Assembly (NCBI GenBank): GCA_016906335.1 | Contig: JADEYG010000012.1 | Location: forward strand, 372,001 to 436,000 | Length of the DNA: 64,000 nt | Direction: 5' to 3' | From: Novakomyces olei | Taxonomy: Eukaryota | Shown here: positions 24,073 to 40,333 of the stretch, one piece after another | Layout: each line of letters starts with the position of its first letter | Numbering within the stretch: the stretch's first letter is position 1 | Translations under genes and position numbers: made by a program | The notes under the pieces: generated by a model | Told to the model about the DNA's origin: nothing | The model's database searches: none | What the model saw: only the letters and a program-made list of their open reading frames with translations

Positions 24073-25307
24073 ATGAGCACAAACGGCCACGGATCAAACG
24101 CCGGCAACGAAGCCGCCGGCTCTATCGGCGGGTTTGCCGTTAAAGCCGGCCTTGCTCAGATGCTCAAGGGCGGTGTCATCATGGACGTAGTTAACGCTGA
24201 ACAGGCAAAGATCGCCGAAGAAGCTGGGTAATTTATACCTTATTTCGAGTTTGATGGTCTTTAATCTTTTGTCTCTACAATTTTTGTTCCTGTACAATTT
24301 TTAATCTTTTTATTTTCTGGCTAATATTCTCGGTTTTTTTTTCCTCAAATGCTTTATTTTTCTAATGTTTTATTTTTTAAATGTTTTTCAAATGGTTTAT
24401 TTATTTACTTTGGCTTTATATTCCACTTTTCTTATCATTCAGAGCTTGTGCTGTTATGGCCTTGGAGCGTGTTCCGGCCGATATTCGCAAAGAAGGCGGG
24501 GTTGCACGTATGTCCGATCCGAGTATGATCAAAGAGATTGTCAAATCAGTTACTATCCCCGTTATGGCCAAAGTACGTATCGGCCATATCGTCGAGGCTC
24601 AGATTTTGGAAGCTATCAATGTAGACTACATTGACGAGTCCGAAGTCCTTACTCCTGCTGTAGGTTTTGGAATACTGTTTTAACTACTTTTTTTTATTCT
24701 CTTTTAATTAATACTTTTTCCTTTATTAATAATTTTTTTCTAATGCGTACAGGATAACGTCCATCATATTGACAAACACAATTTCACAATTCCCTTTGTA
24801 TGTGGAGCCCGTGACCTCGGAGAGGCGCTACGACGCATCTCTGAAGGTGCGGCAATGATCCGTACTAAAGGTGAAGCTGGAACTGGCGATGTTGTAGAGG
24901 CAGTCAAGCATACCCGAACTGTTCAAGCTCAGATTCGTCAGCTGAAGAGTCTGGCAGACGATGAAGTCTACGTCTTTGCTAAAGAGATCAATGCTCCAGT
25001 TGAACTTGTAAGGCAGACAAAGGCAGCTGGAAGACTTCCAGTAGTCAATTTTGCTGCTGGAGGTGTTGCTACTCCCGCTGACGCTGCTTTGCTAATGCAG
25101 TTGGGCTGTGATGGAGTCTTTGTTGGGTCTGGAATCTTTTTGTCTGGTGATCCAGCAAAGAGAGCTCGGGCTATCGTCCAAGCTGTAACCCACTACAAGG
25201 ATCCTAAAATGCTGGCTCAAGTAAGTGAGGGTCTTGGTGAAGCTATGGTCGGGCTTAGTGTGGGCAAATTGACGCTTGAAGAGCGCATGGCCAACCGTGG
25301 ATGGTAG
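24073..25307 (+). CDS. SNZ1: Pyridoxal 5'-phosphate synthase subunit (Pdx1); 3 exons
   Basis: [45 protein letters not shown] and [13 protein letters not shown] motifs; ends in RGW. Confidence 0.97.
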
Positions 25308-25700
25308 TTTTGGAAAAAAACAAGCCACATTGTTAAAAAGAGGGAGGGGAACGAATGGAGAGAAGAGTGTCCAAGAGAACCAAGACAAAGGATTACGTCA
25401 AGGGGTAAAGTGGTCTAATTTAAACTGACTTTAAAAATGTTCAATACTGGAGAACACTTAGTTTAGCAAAATGAAGTCGGTTTAGCAGCATTAATAATAC
25501 TAATTAATTAATTCTTAATTAATTAACCAATTATTCAACTAATTGCAACATAAGACTGAGATTGAGTAGGCCATGCTAAAACATGAATTAATTGATCTAA
25601 TATGCTCAACAGCTATAAAATCACGAAATCAAATGCTGTGCTTCACGCTTGTAACGCCATTCCTTCTATCCAGATACATTTGTTTCTTGTGCCTGTTTTC

Positions 25701-27609
<1,909 letters not shown>

Positions 27610-27656
27610 ATTGCCTTGGGACGCCGTAAGTGAGAGTCGAGAACTATTCAAGACGG

Positions 27657-27802
27657 GTCACGTGACGTGGAGAAGGTACGGAAATTACATGCTTTGTCTC
27701 GTACTAATATATGTTGAGAATATCAATCATAACCCTAACCCTAACCCTCGGCTCTGCCTGGCTACTCTATACACTAAAGGGAAACAGTCCAATATTACGT
27801 CA
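27657..27802. promoter_or_regulatory. Bidirectional promoter with E-box, CRE-like sites and (TAACCC)3
   Basis: Palindromic GTCACGTGAC 27657-27666 overlapping TGACGT; (TAACCC)3 27730-27747; TTACGTCA 27795-27802. Confidence 0.5.
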
Positions 27803-27889
27803 CAAGTCTCTCCTGTGAACTTAAGATCAGTCGCCGAGGTAATTGTCAAGGCCGAGTGTTCTTATCCTACTAAACGAGAAATATTCACT

Positions 27890-28084
27890 ATGGGGTTTGA
27901 TCCAAAGGGCACATTACCAGTTGTAAATGCCGCGGCTCAGAAACCTGTCTCAGGGCAGACCGGCTCGTCTCCAGGTGAGTCTCAAACTCAAACGAACGCG
28001 AGAACAGTTGATGCAGAAGAGGCTCGGCGCCGGTACGAAGAACTTATGGAGGAGGAGTATGCAAAACGTGAAGGAGGCGCCTGA
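27890..28084 (+). CDS. 64-aa uncharacterised fungal microprotein ending YEELMEEEYAKREGGA
   Basis: First ATG at 27890. The C-terminal YEE.MEEEYAKREGGA motif is recalled from small hypothetical ascomycete proteins. Confidence 0.65.
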   Translation: MGFDPKGTLPVVNAAAQKPVSGQTGSSPGESQTQTNARTVDAEEARRRYEELMEEEYAKREGGA

Positions 28085-28355
28085 GATATTTTGTCAAAGC
28101 TCTTATGCTGCTTTTATCATTTTTGCTCTAAGCCAGACTGTCCGTTATACGTGATCGTACTGTGGGGAAACCGAATACTTCATTGATTGGTTTATCTAAT
28201 TTTTGATCGTCATAATCACAAATATAAAATATAAATATATAATAAATATATACTAAAAATACACATAAACTTTTTCAAACCTTTTCGATAAAGTTGTAGG
28301 GTTAGTCTGACCATTCGATACCAATCTCGACGGTAAAGCGGCTAAAGCATAGCCT

Positions 28356-31300
28356 TTATTCTGAAAAATCGCTACTATTGTCACTGGTAATTCTTGTAGC
28401 TGGGCCATCGAGGCCAGAGACCAAAAGAGACTCGTGTGGTTCGTTGGCAACGCGGATTTCTTTCTCAAGTGCTATTTGGTACAATTCACATAACCGGCCC
28501 GGTTCAAAATGCGGACAAATATCTTTTTCATAAGCCAAAAGATGCAATCGTTTGGGCAAGGGACATTGCCGAATTGCTTCCATGTAATGTGCTCGAGCAC
28601 TGTCCGGATCTTGTAAATGGAGGTCGAGTTTGATCAATAGTATCCAATATTCTGGTATGTTTCTGTGTCTGTCAGCATTGAACTCAATATAATTATTTAA
28701 TTTCTTTTATACTCATTCTAATTTTCCTCATCCATCAATGTGTCTTTTTTACACATGTTTCTTTTGTACTTATTCTTACTCTATTCTTTCGCATAAATTA
28801 CGAATAATGTTACGAGCATTCTCGTACCGCTGTGGGCTCTGCATGTTCCGTGTCTCTGCCCAGGCCATAAAAACCTGTAGTGCTGACCATTCGTACAAAT
28901 TTTTGTGCCGTACAGACTTTTGTATACGCCTCAAATGCCCACCAAACGCAAACCGGTACTCGTTGTTATAATAAAGCTGTAAAAAATTTGAATTTGCCGG
29001 GTTTACCCTTAAGCAAATATCTAAAAAAGATAAAACTTCGCGTTTTCGAAATGGCCGCTTTGTACTAGTAAAGTGGCGAAATAAAGACGCGATTTTATCA
29101 AGAAACTCCTCATAAAGCTCCTGAACATTTTGGCTCAAATCCTCGCTAAAGCAACGAGAGATAGACGCCACAGTGTCGAGAAGATTCTCCCAACTGGCTT
29201 GCTCAAAGGATAAGACGCCGAGGCACACGGCAATATCGAAAGCCTGTGAATAATTCTGCTTTGTATACTGATCCATAAAGCCGTTATTTAACATAGATTT
29301 GGCCTTGAGCAAATGAGGTTTCGCTAATGCCAACGTAGAAGCATTCAGCTTCTCCGATCCCAACTCAAGCGCATAATTAACAACCAACGCCTTTGCCGAA
29401 TCTATATTGGCATTGAGGACTTCAAGCCTTGACCAAGTAGCGACTAGGCGCCATAAACCTCTATTATCAAATCGCTTTTCACCCGATAACGAGGGTTCTG
29501 AAGCCGAAAGCATTGCAGCCACAGAAGCAAAGGACTGCATCGCTTCGTCTCGAGAATCCAAATAGTATTGCAACGTACAAAAGCATGACCAAAGCATTGA
29601 GTTTGACTGGTTTTGCTTTAGCAGTTTACGAGCATTCGGCCGGAAAACTGCTGGTTCAAGTTTAGCGAGAAGTAGAAGCCGTTTACACAGTAAAGCATCC
29701 CTGTAGTCAGGCAGTAAGGCATCCGTCTGAGACCTTGTCAATAAATTAAGTGTCATTTTCATTAGACTCTGCCAGCTAAGGCATTGGCTCACTAAATGCA
29801 ATGCTGGTGTTTGTGGATTTGAAAGATTTACAAAGTCAAACGGAGCAATTTGCGGTGCAGAATTAAAATCTTTTTCCGGATGAATCATTGCTGAAATCAC
29901 ATAGTCAATAGAATCTCCATTGACTCCATCAAGAGCAGTTGCAGTCTCTTTTAAACGTGAAGAAAAATAATCATGAATGCGCCAGTTGGAATGGCTATCT
30001 CCACAGTTACCAAGGGCCAAGTCCGCTAGCAAAGTTTGGCCCGCACCAGACTTTAGTACTAGCAAGGTCTGAGAAACGTCAGTGTACGCAACGTATCTAA
30101 AGGGATCAATGGCAGTTTTGAATTGCCGAAGACTGAGTGGCGCGTATTGGAAAACGCATTGCTCTTGCTGAGCCCATTGAGTCCAGGAGTCATTGCTTTC
30201 GAGTTTAACAGTATCTTGAACACTGCTGTCATTGGGAAAGCTGAGGGTATTACGGCCTTTATCAAACATTTCACGGACAGACTCTGGGCTCTTGTTCAGA
30301 GTATTATCAAAGTTTAGCAAAATACCAGCCTGTAAAATGGCAAGTGCAATTTCCGTGTAGCCCGTCTCCCGGTAAGTTGAAACGCACCGCATTAAAACAT
30401 ACAAGTAACATGATTCTAAGGCTTCTGTATCGTCTCCAACAGGTTTATTAGCCGAAAAGCTTGGATATTTGGCATTAGAATTGTCGGATTCGACCCTCAT
30501 CCTTTCCAGTGCCTCTCTAATAAGGTGAAAGGCATTGAAATACACATTCTGCAATCGGGAAAAAGTCATTTCTGCACTTGAAGACATTTGGAAATCAATG
30601 TAGTATTTCCAAAGAGGCAAACAGGCCGGAAATTGTCGTAAATACTGTGCAAATAGATTCCTTGACTTATCCCTCAGATTGCTACTGGCCAGCAGTTCCA
30701 TGTACCCTGAAACTAGTGGCGAAACGTCCACTGAAACATCCGTAATTGCAGCTAAAGCCTTTTCGTAAATCGACATTTTCACCTGTTGGACACTGGCAAT
30801 AGATCGCCTTTCAGTAAAAGATTTAGTTTGCGGACGGGTCATTAGCGTATTGGCCACAGCATCCTGGTGCCTTACGAGATCAATCCAATTTTGTACACGA
30901 TTGGGTTCAGTTTCTACTTGCCGAGTGAGTCTAATCGTCTCTTGTGCCAACAACGCACGGCCATTTTCGAGCGAGAGATCTGGATCTGCTTCGTTTTCGC
31001 TGTCGCTTTCACTCTCGCTAGTATCGAGCTGCCAGATTTCTCTTTGCCCTGACCTCCGTTTCGCACCACCTACAGCCATAAAAGAGCCAAACTCTGCTGC
31101 CTCTTTTGCTTTCCCGCTTCTTAAAGGCTTTGCCTGTCCAAAAGGCTCTTCCTCTAAAACCCTTTTATTCTCCAACTGCTGCTGCCTTGCTTCAATAACA
31201 ACATCTTTAGCCAAACGATCTGTACCGCGAGCAATACGCAATTGCTCCGGCAATCCGAGCACACGAGCTCCGCCAAAGCGATGGTAAAGCGGGATTGCGT

Positions 31301-31622
31301 ACCGGTAATTTGTGCCATAGACAATATTGTCTTTGTCACCCTTGATATCGATCTGATAAACCTGTGATGCTTCCTTATCTGATCTAGCACGTTTTACTGA
31401 ACCATTTTCAGCTCTTGGCTCCAGTATTATGTCTGCTCTTGCAACTGCCCTCGCGTTTCCTCCATTTTCCATGCGACGACTATTTCGGCCATGGCGATGA
31501 TTATTTACGTCCTTTTTTTCGCTCTCTTTTCCTGGCTCAGAATTCGGGTTGGGTTTGGTAGTAATCGGATTATTAAATGAGGAGAATTTCGGAACACTGC
31601 GGGGATTCGTGCCGCCGCTCAT
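28356..31622 (-). CDS. NRDE2: NRDE2/Nrl1-like nuclear RNA-processing HAT-repeat protein; 2 exons
   Basis: PKFSSF, IDIKGDKDNIVYG..IPLYHRFG, PNRVQNWIDLVRHQD and DPFRYV motifs; helical repeats; last exon AIRQCP...EKEIRV. Confidence 0.8.
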
Positions 31623-32677
31623 AACGCCAGCATGGCTGCGATACTCGACGCGCGTTATGGACGGAGTGTAAAATTATGTCTAGAAATAAATAAATAAATA
31701 AATAAATATAAATAAATAAATAAATAAATAAATATAAATAAATAATTAAATTATTAAATATATAGAATTAATATAAATAACGTTAATATCGGAGCATGAT
31801 TGATTGCATATCCAAATTGTTACTTAGATTATAGATAAAGTAGTCTATAAAGGGACAATTGATTCGGCTAGAGTCATCCTCAACTCTGCAGTTTACTCTG
31901 GGAAACAACGCCACGGACATGATCCGTTTAGTTAGAGCGCATATGGAGCCTGGTACAATATGAGTATTTCAAATTTCACCAAAAATTGTTGTCAAATGGT
32001 CTTGTCCCACAGATATTAATAACGTTTATCCTGAACCTGTAATTGCAAACTTGTTCAAGGTGCGGTTGTAAGGCTTTTGTCGTCGATAAGAAATACAACA
32101 ATATTTCCGGATACTGGTTGCATTTGCTATATAAACCGATCCAAATGAGAGGAACGAACTCTTTTGTCTTCTCCCTCGATTCTGGTCTAAACTCCTTTAG
32201 GAAATCCTGGGGAAAAGCCGGAAGAATTCTTATTGCAGATCCTTCTATGTAGTTGTCTTATTCGGTCTGACCTGTCAAACTTTGAGATTAGCGCACCTAT
32301 TCTGCAGGCACAACCTGACCCGCAATTAGTCTTTTAAACGAATATTGAGGAAAATAATTGGGTTTCTATAATGTAGCTGCCAAGGCTGGGCTACAGCAAT
32401 TTTACTCGGCTCAAAATCTTATAGAAAAATGTAACGGAATTTATATACACTTTATTGATGTGAAGGTAGCATGTTCCCATGGCTCAGGATCCATAAAATT
32501 ACCGACGTGCTGTCCGTAAAGCCGATAACCCAAAAACGCAGTGCTTGAAAAAAAAAATAGACACAGAACAAAGACTGGTTTTTACGATTCAAAAACGAAA
32601 TAATCAAAATAAGAAGCATCACAAAAGAGGGCAGTGGTTTAAAGGCCGGTTAAAGATCACAAAGATCTGTGAAAATT

Positions 32678-34731
32678 ATGGCAGGTATCGGAAACATCGC
32701 TGAACTGACGATCGAAGAACCCGTACCTCATAGCAGCAAAACGGAAGAGCTGAAAGAAGCTGCATACTCTGACGATATTAAACCAGGCACGCTTATCGAC
32801 GCCAGTGGTGCGGGACATGTGCAGATTCCATTGGAAACTTATATACGCTATGCCGAAATTCAGAGAATGTATGAGGACTCTGGCAAGTATGAGCAACTGT
32901 ACGAATTACAGCGCAACCAGATTGGAAAGGATCCAACAGCAAATTTGACAGAAGAAAAACTCGATGCCAGTCAAAAACTTCGGAGAGCCAATTTATATGC
33001 AGGTACATTTCGTGCTTTTTCCATTCTCTTTTTCCTTTTCTTTCAAAACCAGGTCGTTTTGCCGGTTCCAACCACATTCCAAATTATTTCTGTTTTTTTT
33101 TCTGCGTGTTATGCACGTTATGCACGTTTAATAAACGTATTTTATTTGATTGAATCGTTTACACTGCTTTAAACAAAATGCAATCAACTCGTCCTTTCCT
33201 TATTTTAGTTCCTCCCCTTCTGTTTTCCTTTCATAACTTGCTAACCTTTAGTATTTTTCCTTATTGTAACAGACATTCTCGGACCAGGTAACGCACCATA
33301 CGCTATCTCCCAGCTCGGATACGTACCCGGAATCGCCCTATATGTAAGTTGTGAATATAAATAAATTAACCAACATTTTTATTTCAATTTATTTCAATTT
33401 GATTTTAATTATACATATATATATATTGATTTAAATTGACTGACTTACAGATCGTCTTTGGCCTTCTCGCCATGCTTGGCGGCAGATTACTGCAAACTGC
33501 CTTTTGCTTACTGGACTCGAACAATTACCCAGTGCGCACGTTTTCTGATTTGGCGGCCAGAATCCTGGGTCGCAAGGCCCGTATCTTAATCGGATTATTG
33601 CAGTTTGTGCAAATGATTTTTAATGTTGGTATTATCGTACTTTCAAGCGGCCAATCACTTGCACAAATCATCAAATCGACCCCGGACAACGTGAAACTGT
33701 GCTTCGCTGTTGCCACATTAGTCTGGGCACTTTTGGGTATGCTTATTGGGCAAATACGTTCTCTGCATAAATTCTCTCATATCGCAAATATGGCAGTTTG
33801 GATGAACATTGCCGTGTGCATAATTACAATGATCGGAGCAGCAACAGGTCCACCAAATTACGAAGCAATTAAAACTGCCTTTAACATCCCAAAAGGACCC
33901 ATCCACACTTTTGCATTTGCTCCCACATCCTTCAGCCACAAAATCGGTGGCATAAACCAAATGGTTTTTGCTTGGGGCGGAGCCACAATCTTTAGTGAGT
34001 TGATGGCAGAAATGCGCCGGCCTCGTGACTTTTGGAAAGGAATGGTTGCCGGGGAAACGCTGATCATGTTTGTTTACCTGTTTTATGGAATATTCGTTTA
34101 TTCCTACCAGGGACAGTTTACTTACACAGTTGCTAATCAGGGTATTTCGCAATACGCTTTGCAAACTGCCGGCAATGCTGTTAACCTCGTTTCCGGCGTA
34201 ATAGCTGCCGTTTTGTACGGAAACGTTGGGCTTAAAGTGCTCTACCAGGGACTGCTGGTCCCTGAGTTTCACTTTAAGCCGCTCTTGACTCGTCGAGGCG
34301 CCTTGAACTGGTTCTTTATTGTAATTCTTTACTGGTCAATTGCGTATACGATCGCCATGGGCCTGCCTCAGCTTAATTCGCTCGTTTCTCTTATCGGTGC
34401 TCTGTGCATTTTGCAGTTTTCCTACGTTTTTCCGCCTCTTTTTGTTGCACTTTTGATGATTCGACAGGATGCTTCCAAGCTTGATCTTTACGAAGCCAGT
34501 ACTGGTGTGGTAACTGCGTATGATTCTTGGAAGACGGGTCAACGATGGCGTCGAGGTCTTGTCGGCGGAGGATCAAGGGTTCGAAACTTCGCAAAATTTG
34601 GCCTTATTTTGCTCGCTTTCTGTGGACTCGGCCTTAGCGCACTTGGCCTTTACGGTGCAATAACAGGGATCATGCAAGCCTTTAAAAACTCTGTAGTAAC
34701 CAGCTTTGGCTGTGTTCCCCCGATTCAATAG
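32678..34731 (+). CDS. Amino-acid transporter (Aa_trans/AAAP family, Mtr-like); 3 exons
   Basis: FFLIVTDILGPGNAPYAISQLGYVPGI exon, FAWGGATIFSELMAEMRRPRDFWKG motif, about 11 TM segments. Confidence 0.88.
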
Positions 34732-34911
34732 CAAAAATGGGCATTATTGCTTGCCTTTTATCAATTAGCCTTCTTGTTTAATTAAATATGTGTCTAATGT
34801 GACTAAACTTTGTTTTCGTTATCATTTTTCTTATTCATTTCATTTGGCTCTTTTATTTATTTAATCTCGTTTTTTATCACTCACGAATAAGAATTCTGTT
34901 GGTAGTATTAT

Positions 34912-36496
34912 TCAAGGCGATGAAAGTTCGCTCGATATATCCCGTTTTAGTTGTGTCATACTAGACACCATTTGCTAATGATCAGCAATGAAAAATAGAC
35001 TTAATAAAATTTATTTACTAAAAATACCGGTGTAAGCGAGTCAGAAAGAAATTCAAATAAATAATAAAGCATAAATATAATAAAAACGAGAAACATCTGC
35101 AAGCAAAGAAAATCTGAAGAGCAGAAGAGAGGCATCAAGATATTGTGGTTTAGATCAATGCAAACCGAAAGCCAACCCTACCTTTTCCATTTTTGCCATT
35201 TTCATAGTCAGTGCATCCACGAGCTGTTTTAAGTACGCGTTTTCAATTGCATATTCCTCTAGCGACTTTGTGATTTTGGGCGTCCGCACCGGATCGACAC
35301 CACCGCCCATAGACGGCACTACATAAAAGCTTTCATTGGGGGAATCGCCAGAGTCTAAATATTAGTAGGCAATTCTTTCTATACGGCAAAAAAAAAAAAA
35401 AAGAAAAGAAAAAAAAGCTGAATTATCCAATTTGTTTCCAAAACAATTTGTAAAACAGCAATGGTGTATTCCATTCAGAGAACAAAACTTGGTAAAATGA
35501 TAATAAGAACAAGAAGCTTATAAATATTAAAAGATAATATACCCCTCTGGCCGACTATGGCTTTACGCGCGCTGTTTAGAGTGACATTACTGCTAAGTGG
35601 CGCAGCAATACGGTTGATAGCATTCTCAACAGCGTTCCAAATTCGCTCCAGTCGGTCGTCTGAAGGAGTGCCTCGAGAAGGGACAGCAGTAGCAGCGGCA
35701 TTTTCTTTAGCACTCGTGCCAGAATCTTTACCGTCGGAATTTCCAGCAGATCCGGTAGAAGCCTTGCTCTTGGTTGGTTCAGTGGTCTGAGGAGTAGCAA
35801 TCGCGATTTTATCTCGATTTTCTACTGTCGATCCCCGTTTCTCATTCGCAATAGACCGTTGAGGCACTGAACTACGATCGACTTGACCCTTCTTGGGCTC
35901 GTGAGGCTTTGCTACCATATACTGCATACTTCGAGACGAATTTCGAGCTACTGTATGCTGCTTCCCCGTGCCCGCAATCGAGCTGGGCGACTGGAGCCCA
36001 CGCAGGCTTTTCAAAGATGTTCGAGACTGCCTTAGAACCTGTGGAACATCTCTGCCTGATTTCGCTTCCAGACATAATTGCGCCTGGTGCGCATGGTCTT
36101 TGCGCAAAAGTTCCAGCGTGCAAATAGCCTGCCGTTAGTCTACTATAGAATACGAACAGACGCCAGAAAAACAAATGAATTAAATTTTGAAAAAATAAGA
36201 GAAAGAAAGAAAGAAAGAAAATTAATTAATTAATTAATTAATTAAAACAGTTAAACCGTCCAAATAAATTTTTGTGGCATTTGGGTAGACCATTACTTCT
36301 TCATGTTTCACAGTGCTGGCCGCTTCTTGATAGTACCGTGCCGCCTCCTCGTATGCGTGTGCTGCAGAGGCAAAGTTACAATGAATAACGAGCTCAGCCG
36401 CCTCGCTGCTCGCTTCTTGTGCCTTTGTAAAGTAAGCAATTATGCTATTTTGACTGTTTGCATATTGTTTACCTGTCTCAATGCGCTTTTGGCCAT
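34912..36496 (-). CDS. Conserved fungal hypothetical protein with a MIT-like helical N-terminus and a C-terminal coiled coil; multi-exon
   Basis: Spliced N-terminus MAKSALRQ|AQEAS..AAHAYEEAARYYQEAA..|AICTLELLRKDH; later exon with ESFYVVP and KSLEEYAIENAYLKQLVD. The last exon (stop at 34912) is tentative. Confidence 0.6.
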
Positions 36497-36641
36497 TTGA
36501 TCACCACCGCCATATGTTTAGCAACGGCTTATCGTCAATCACATTACTGCTGTAAACCGTGGTTGGACATATTATTATTGGTGTGGATACTTACTCGTAT
36601 GCGCCAGCGTAGTTATACTATGACGCAAAGTAAAGATATAA

Positions 36642-36655
36642 TAGGGTTAGGGTTA
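36642..36655 (+). promoter_or_regulatory. TTAGGG box upstream of the MIT-like gene
   Basis: TAGGGTTAGGGTTA about 150 bp upstream of the ATG at 36496. Confidence 0.5.
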
Positions 36656-36970
36656 ATCGCTGTGTTTCATGGAAATTGAATTACACTAAAATGCCGTTAA
36701 TAAATTAAACAAAAATGAAGGGTAAACAAACGAAGACTAAACACGCAAAAGGCGATCCTGTATCCTGCAATCTGCGCGCAAGTGCCTTTTGAAAATTTTA
36801 CCTTACACTTTTGCTGATTTATTTAAAGGCTCTGCAAGGTATTACATTAAGTATCAAGCTATTGTACAAGTCTGGTATGACCAGAAAACATATTAATAAT
36901 AGTGACAAGAATGATGAGTAGAGTATAAGCGAGATATGTGTGCTAAGCCGGGAAAAGGTGCCAAATTTCT

Positions 36971-39095
36971 TTACATACCAAATTCACCGGACTCGAGAAA
37001 ATCCAAAAATTCGTCCCAATTATGCGATTTTAGACCCTTTGTGATTCTGTCCGCTGAGGGGTAGGGCAAGCCTGAACCTTCATGCGGCATTAAGAGTGAC
37101 ATGATAACACGATGGGACAAAATAGCTCGGAGAGTAACAAAAGACGCGGTTGGCATAATTGCAACGTGTGTCTCCAAAGCAGAAAAGCCTTCAAGTATGA
37201 CTTTAAAGAATTGAAGACAAGTGTCACCGGTGTGAACCATTTGCTCATTTAATTCGAATACTTCTAAAATTCCCGATTGTTTTTCGTCCATGCCATATGT
37301 TCCATAATTGATGGTTTCTGCAAGCTCAGAGTACTTTGTTTCTAAATATATTCGAGCGAGAATGCTAAAGGTCGAGATTAAATGCATAGCATTTGAAAAC
37401 ATAATTGGCTTTTCCTTCACGCCCACCCATTGCTGGGCGAGTGAAATGAATTTGCCCGTTAAATTAAATGCATTGAATAAAGCCAAGCTAAAAACTTCTG
37501 TGTCGCAATTAGCTGTATCAACAATTTTGCAGTAGAACCGAATTTCATAATAAATGACGCTAAAATACGTATCTAAAAATGTTAGATTTGCAGGATTAAA
37601 AAACAAGTATCTTACCATCATCTTTGACATAAGCCAGCCACTGTTCCAATTCCGAAATTTTACTAAATAAAATCTCATTTTGGACTTCGGGTTGAGCCGA
37701 AATCAATTGCAGACTGTCGATATCTTCAAGGATCCTGATAGCCTTAACGTATAGAAAATATCTCAATTCAATATAGTTGTTTGGATCCATTCGATGCCAC
37801 GAAGATTGCTGTGACTCGGAGAATATGATACTAAGCGGTCTCTTCCATGATTCTAGCATACTATGCGAAAGCGTTAGCCTTTGTAAATCCAAATAAATAA
37901 GCAAACCAAACAAACTAACTAACTAATCAATATGATCGGTAATACTTACTCGTATTTGTGGATGTATAGATTCAAGCGAAGGTAATCCATTTCCTTTCCA
38001 TGCAGACACTTTGGTGTTAATTGTGCATAAAAGCTGATTTCATATTCCATTTCGAAGGCCTAATGCAATTAGTAAATCCATTGTCTCCCTTGGTACTCTG
38101 ATCAGTCTCTTTTCTTTTCAGTATTACTCCATGTCTGTTCCCTTTTCTCTTTCTCTTTTTCAATTGAATTCTTATTCCCCTTATTTGATCTAATCCCTTA
38201 CCATTCCTACTACTGTGAACGAGTTCCACTGTGTGTACGCCCGGTTCCGTCGGTCCCATTCGCAGTGCAGGACTAGAGCGTATATTAAAGAAATGGTCTT
38301 GACTTGGTAATGCAGGAGGTACTCCCCCAAGCTTTGCGAAATGTTCAGATTCAGCGAATCATAGAGCTCCGTGTCCTTGGGATCAACGGCTATTTTACAC
38401 ATTGCAGCGAGCATGAGAGGCCGATCAGTAGCCATTCTGTCAAACCCGACATTACGTAAAACTTGCGGGGAGAGCCCGGCTAAAAGAGACGGGGCAAACA
38501 AATCAATGTACCGCTCATACAGCTGCCGGGCTCCCTGTTCTCCGATAAGGGAGATCATGTAGTCGTAGCTGCTAGTCAATTGCTCGTCTCTGTTTACCCC
38601 TGAGTATGAGAGTCCGTCAGGCGAGGAGTAGCCGGATCTGACAGCGGGACTCTGGCCTTCAACTGCTCGGCGCGACAGAGGCGTAGACGGAGTTCGGGAC
38701 GAGGATTGTACAAAGCCTGAATCGTCCACAGACGTGGCCCGAAAATCCGTCACTAAACTAGGGTCAGGTTCAGCTACAGTTGCCCCACTGAACCCGCTAT
38801 TGTTTCCTCCTCCGGCCTGAACGAGATAGTCTAATTTTTGTTCCGTTGCCTGAAGCTGCTGCTCCAGAAACGAAATTCGTGTGTCCTGCAAGTAGGTATT
38901 CAAATCAGCTGAAGCAGTTTTAGCACTTTGTTTTCCCACCACTGCCGATCGTCGTGGGTGAGGTGCGCACGTAACACACTCTGCATTGGCCTTTGTACAT
39001 CGCACACAGGCCTCGTGCTCGTACGACTCCCATTCGCACGCGACTTTGAACTTGCGACACCGGTCGCAAGCACGATTTTTACGTACTGTCGTCAT
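36971..39095 (-). CDS. Zn(II)2Cys6 transcription factor; multi-exon
   Basis: ACDRCRKFKVACEWESYEHEACVRCTKANAEC followed by a coiled-coil dimerisation helix; downstream exons run to the stop at 36971. Confidence 0.8.
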
Positions 39096-40284
39096 CCTGC
39101 TGCTGCTGATGCAGCACAAAAAGTAGCATTAGCAGTATCTCGTCACACCAACGCGGTTCGATGTTTGGTTTAGTTTTGGTTTGAGTACGCAATTAATCTT
39201 TTTTATTGATTTTTTCTTGCTAATTTTTTCTTATTTTTGCCTTCTTTAGTTTCGTGTGCTGTCAATTTTGATGCTGCGTGCAAATCTGACTGACACACAC
39301 GTTTGGCGCTTGTGTGGGTGTGTGTTCCTTATCGAAAAGTACAAAGTGTATGTATCGAGATTAATATGTGTTTTGACAGATTATCCAAAACACCAATGTG
39401 GAAGTAGAGATCTCGAATAGATTAACTGTGTAGATTAACTATGCCACACTAACTTTGCCCAGTTTCGAGAATATCGTTCGTAACAGTATCCGGAATTGGA
39501 ACGTGCTTCTTATTGGGTTTAGCTTCCCGTAGGAGGAGCGCACGTGCTGGGCGCTTCGGGTATACGGTTGGATTACAAATACAAAAAGTATACAAAAGCA
39601 CGATTTGGAACACGATCAGTCTCCGTCGCCGAGATTGCTTTAGTAATACTCTCAAACGCGCACGCTTCTAATCTCCACTTTACTACTTGATACGTGTCGC
39701 ACCCATCCAATTTCTCGTTCTGCGCTGCTTTCCACATCAAGGCTAATTTTACTAATTACACTACTGATGTATAGAGTAACTTGTCCGGACAAAGTCGGTC
39801 CAATTTTCCGATCATACGAAGATCATTCGAGCCATTGAACGAGTAAGGTTGTCGATAAGGAATTAGAATCAATATGTGTGCCACATACAAGGAAAAACGT
39901 GCAAGTTTAGGCTGGAATATTCTACAAAGTGTACCTTGAAGCCAATATGCTTTCAGTGCTTTCAGCATATACATGTCTGCTGAATAAAGCAAAGCTGAAT
40001 AAAGAAAATATTTGAGCTGCGACAAAGAGCAGGACCCGTTTTCCATTGCTCATATTACTTGTTTGCCATTCGCAAATGTGGCACACTTGTCCCTGAAAGT
40101 GGCAAGCGGGGTGCGAATAGTGTGTCAGTAATGCCTCGCGCACAAAGAACAGTGATTCCAGAGACAGGGTTTGGGCAAATTAGTCGAGCGTTTTTGCCAT
40201 ACAAGCGAATGTGTGTGTAAAGATATGTGTAGTGTTTGAGTGCGTAATGCTTTTTATAATTGCCTGTTTACAGTACGTTTATTT

Positions 40285-40333
40285 ATGGACAATAGAAACG
40301 TTGAAACATGGACAATAGGAACGTTGAAACATG
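40285..40333. repeat. 23-bp tandem duplication
   Basis: ATGGACAATAG(A/G)AACGTTGAAAC twice, followed by ATG. Confidence 0.85.

Noticed and set aside
23473-24073. Divergent SNO/SNZ pairing as a novelty
   Set aside because: A well-known conserved arrangement in fungi.
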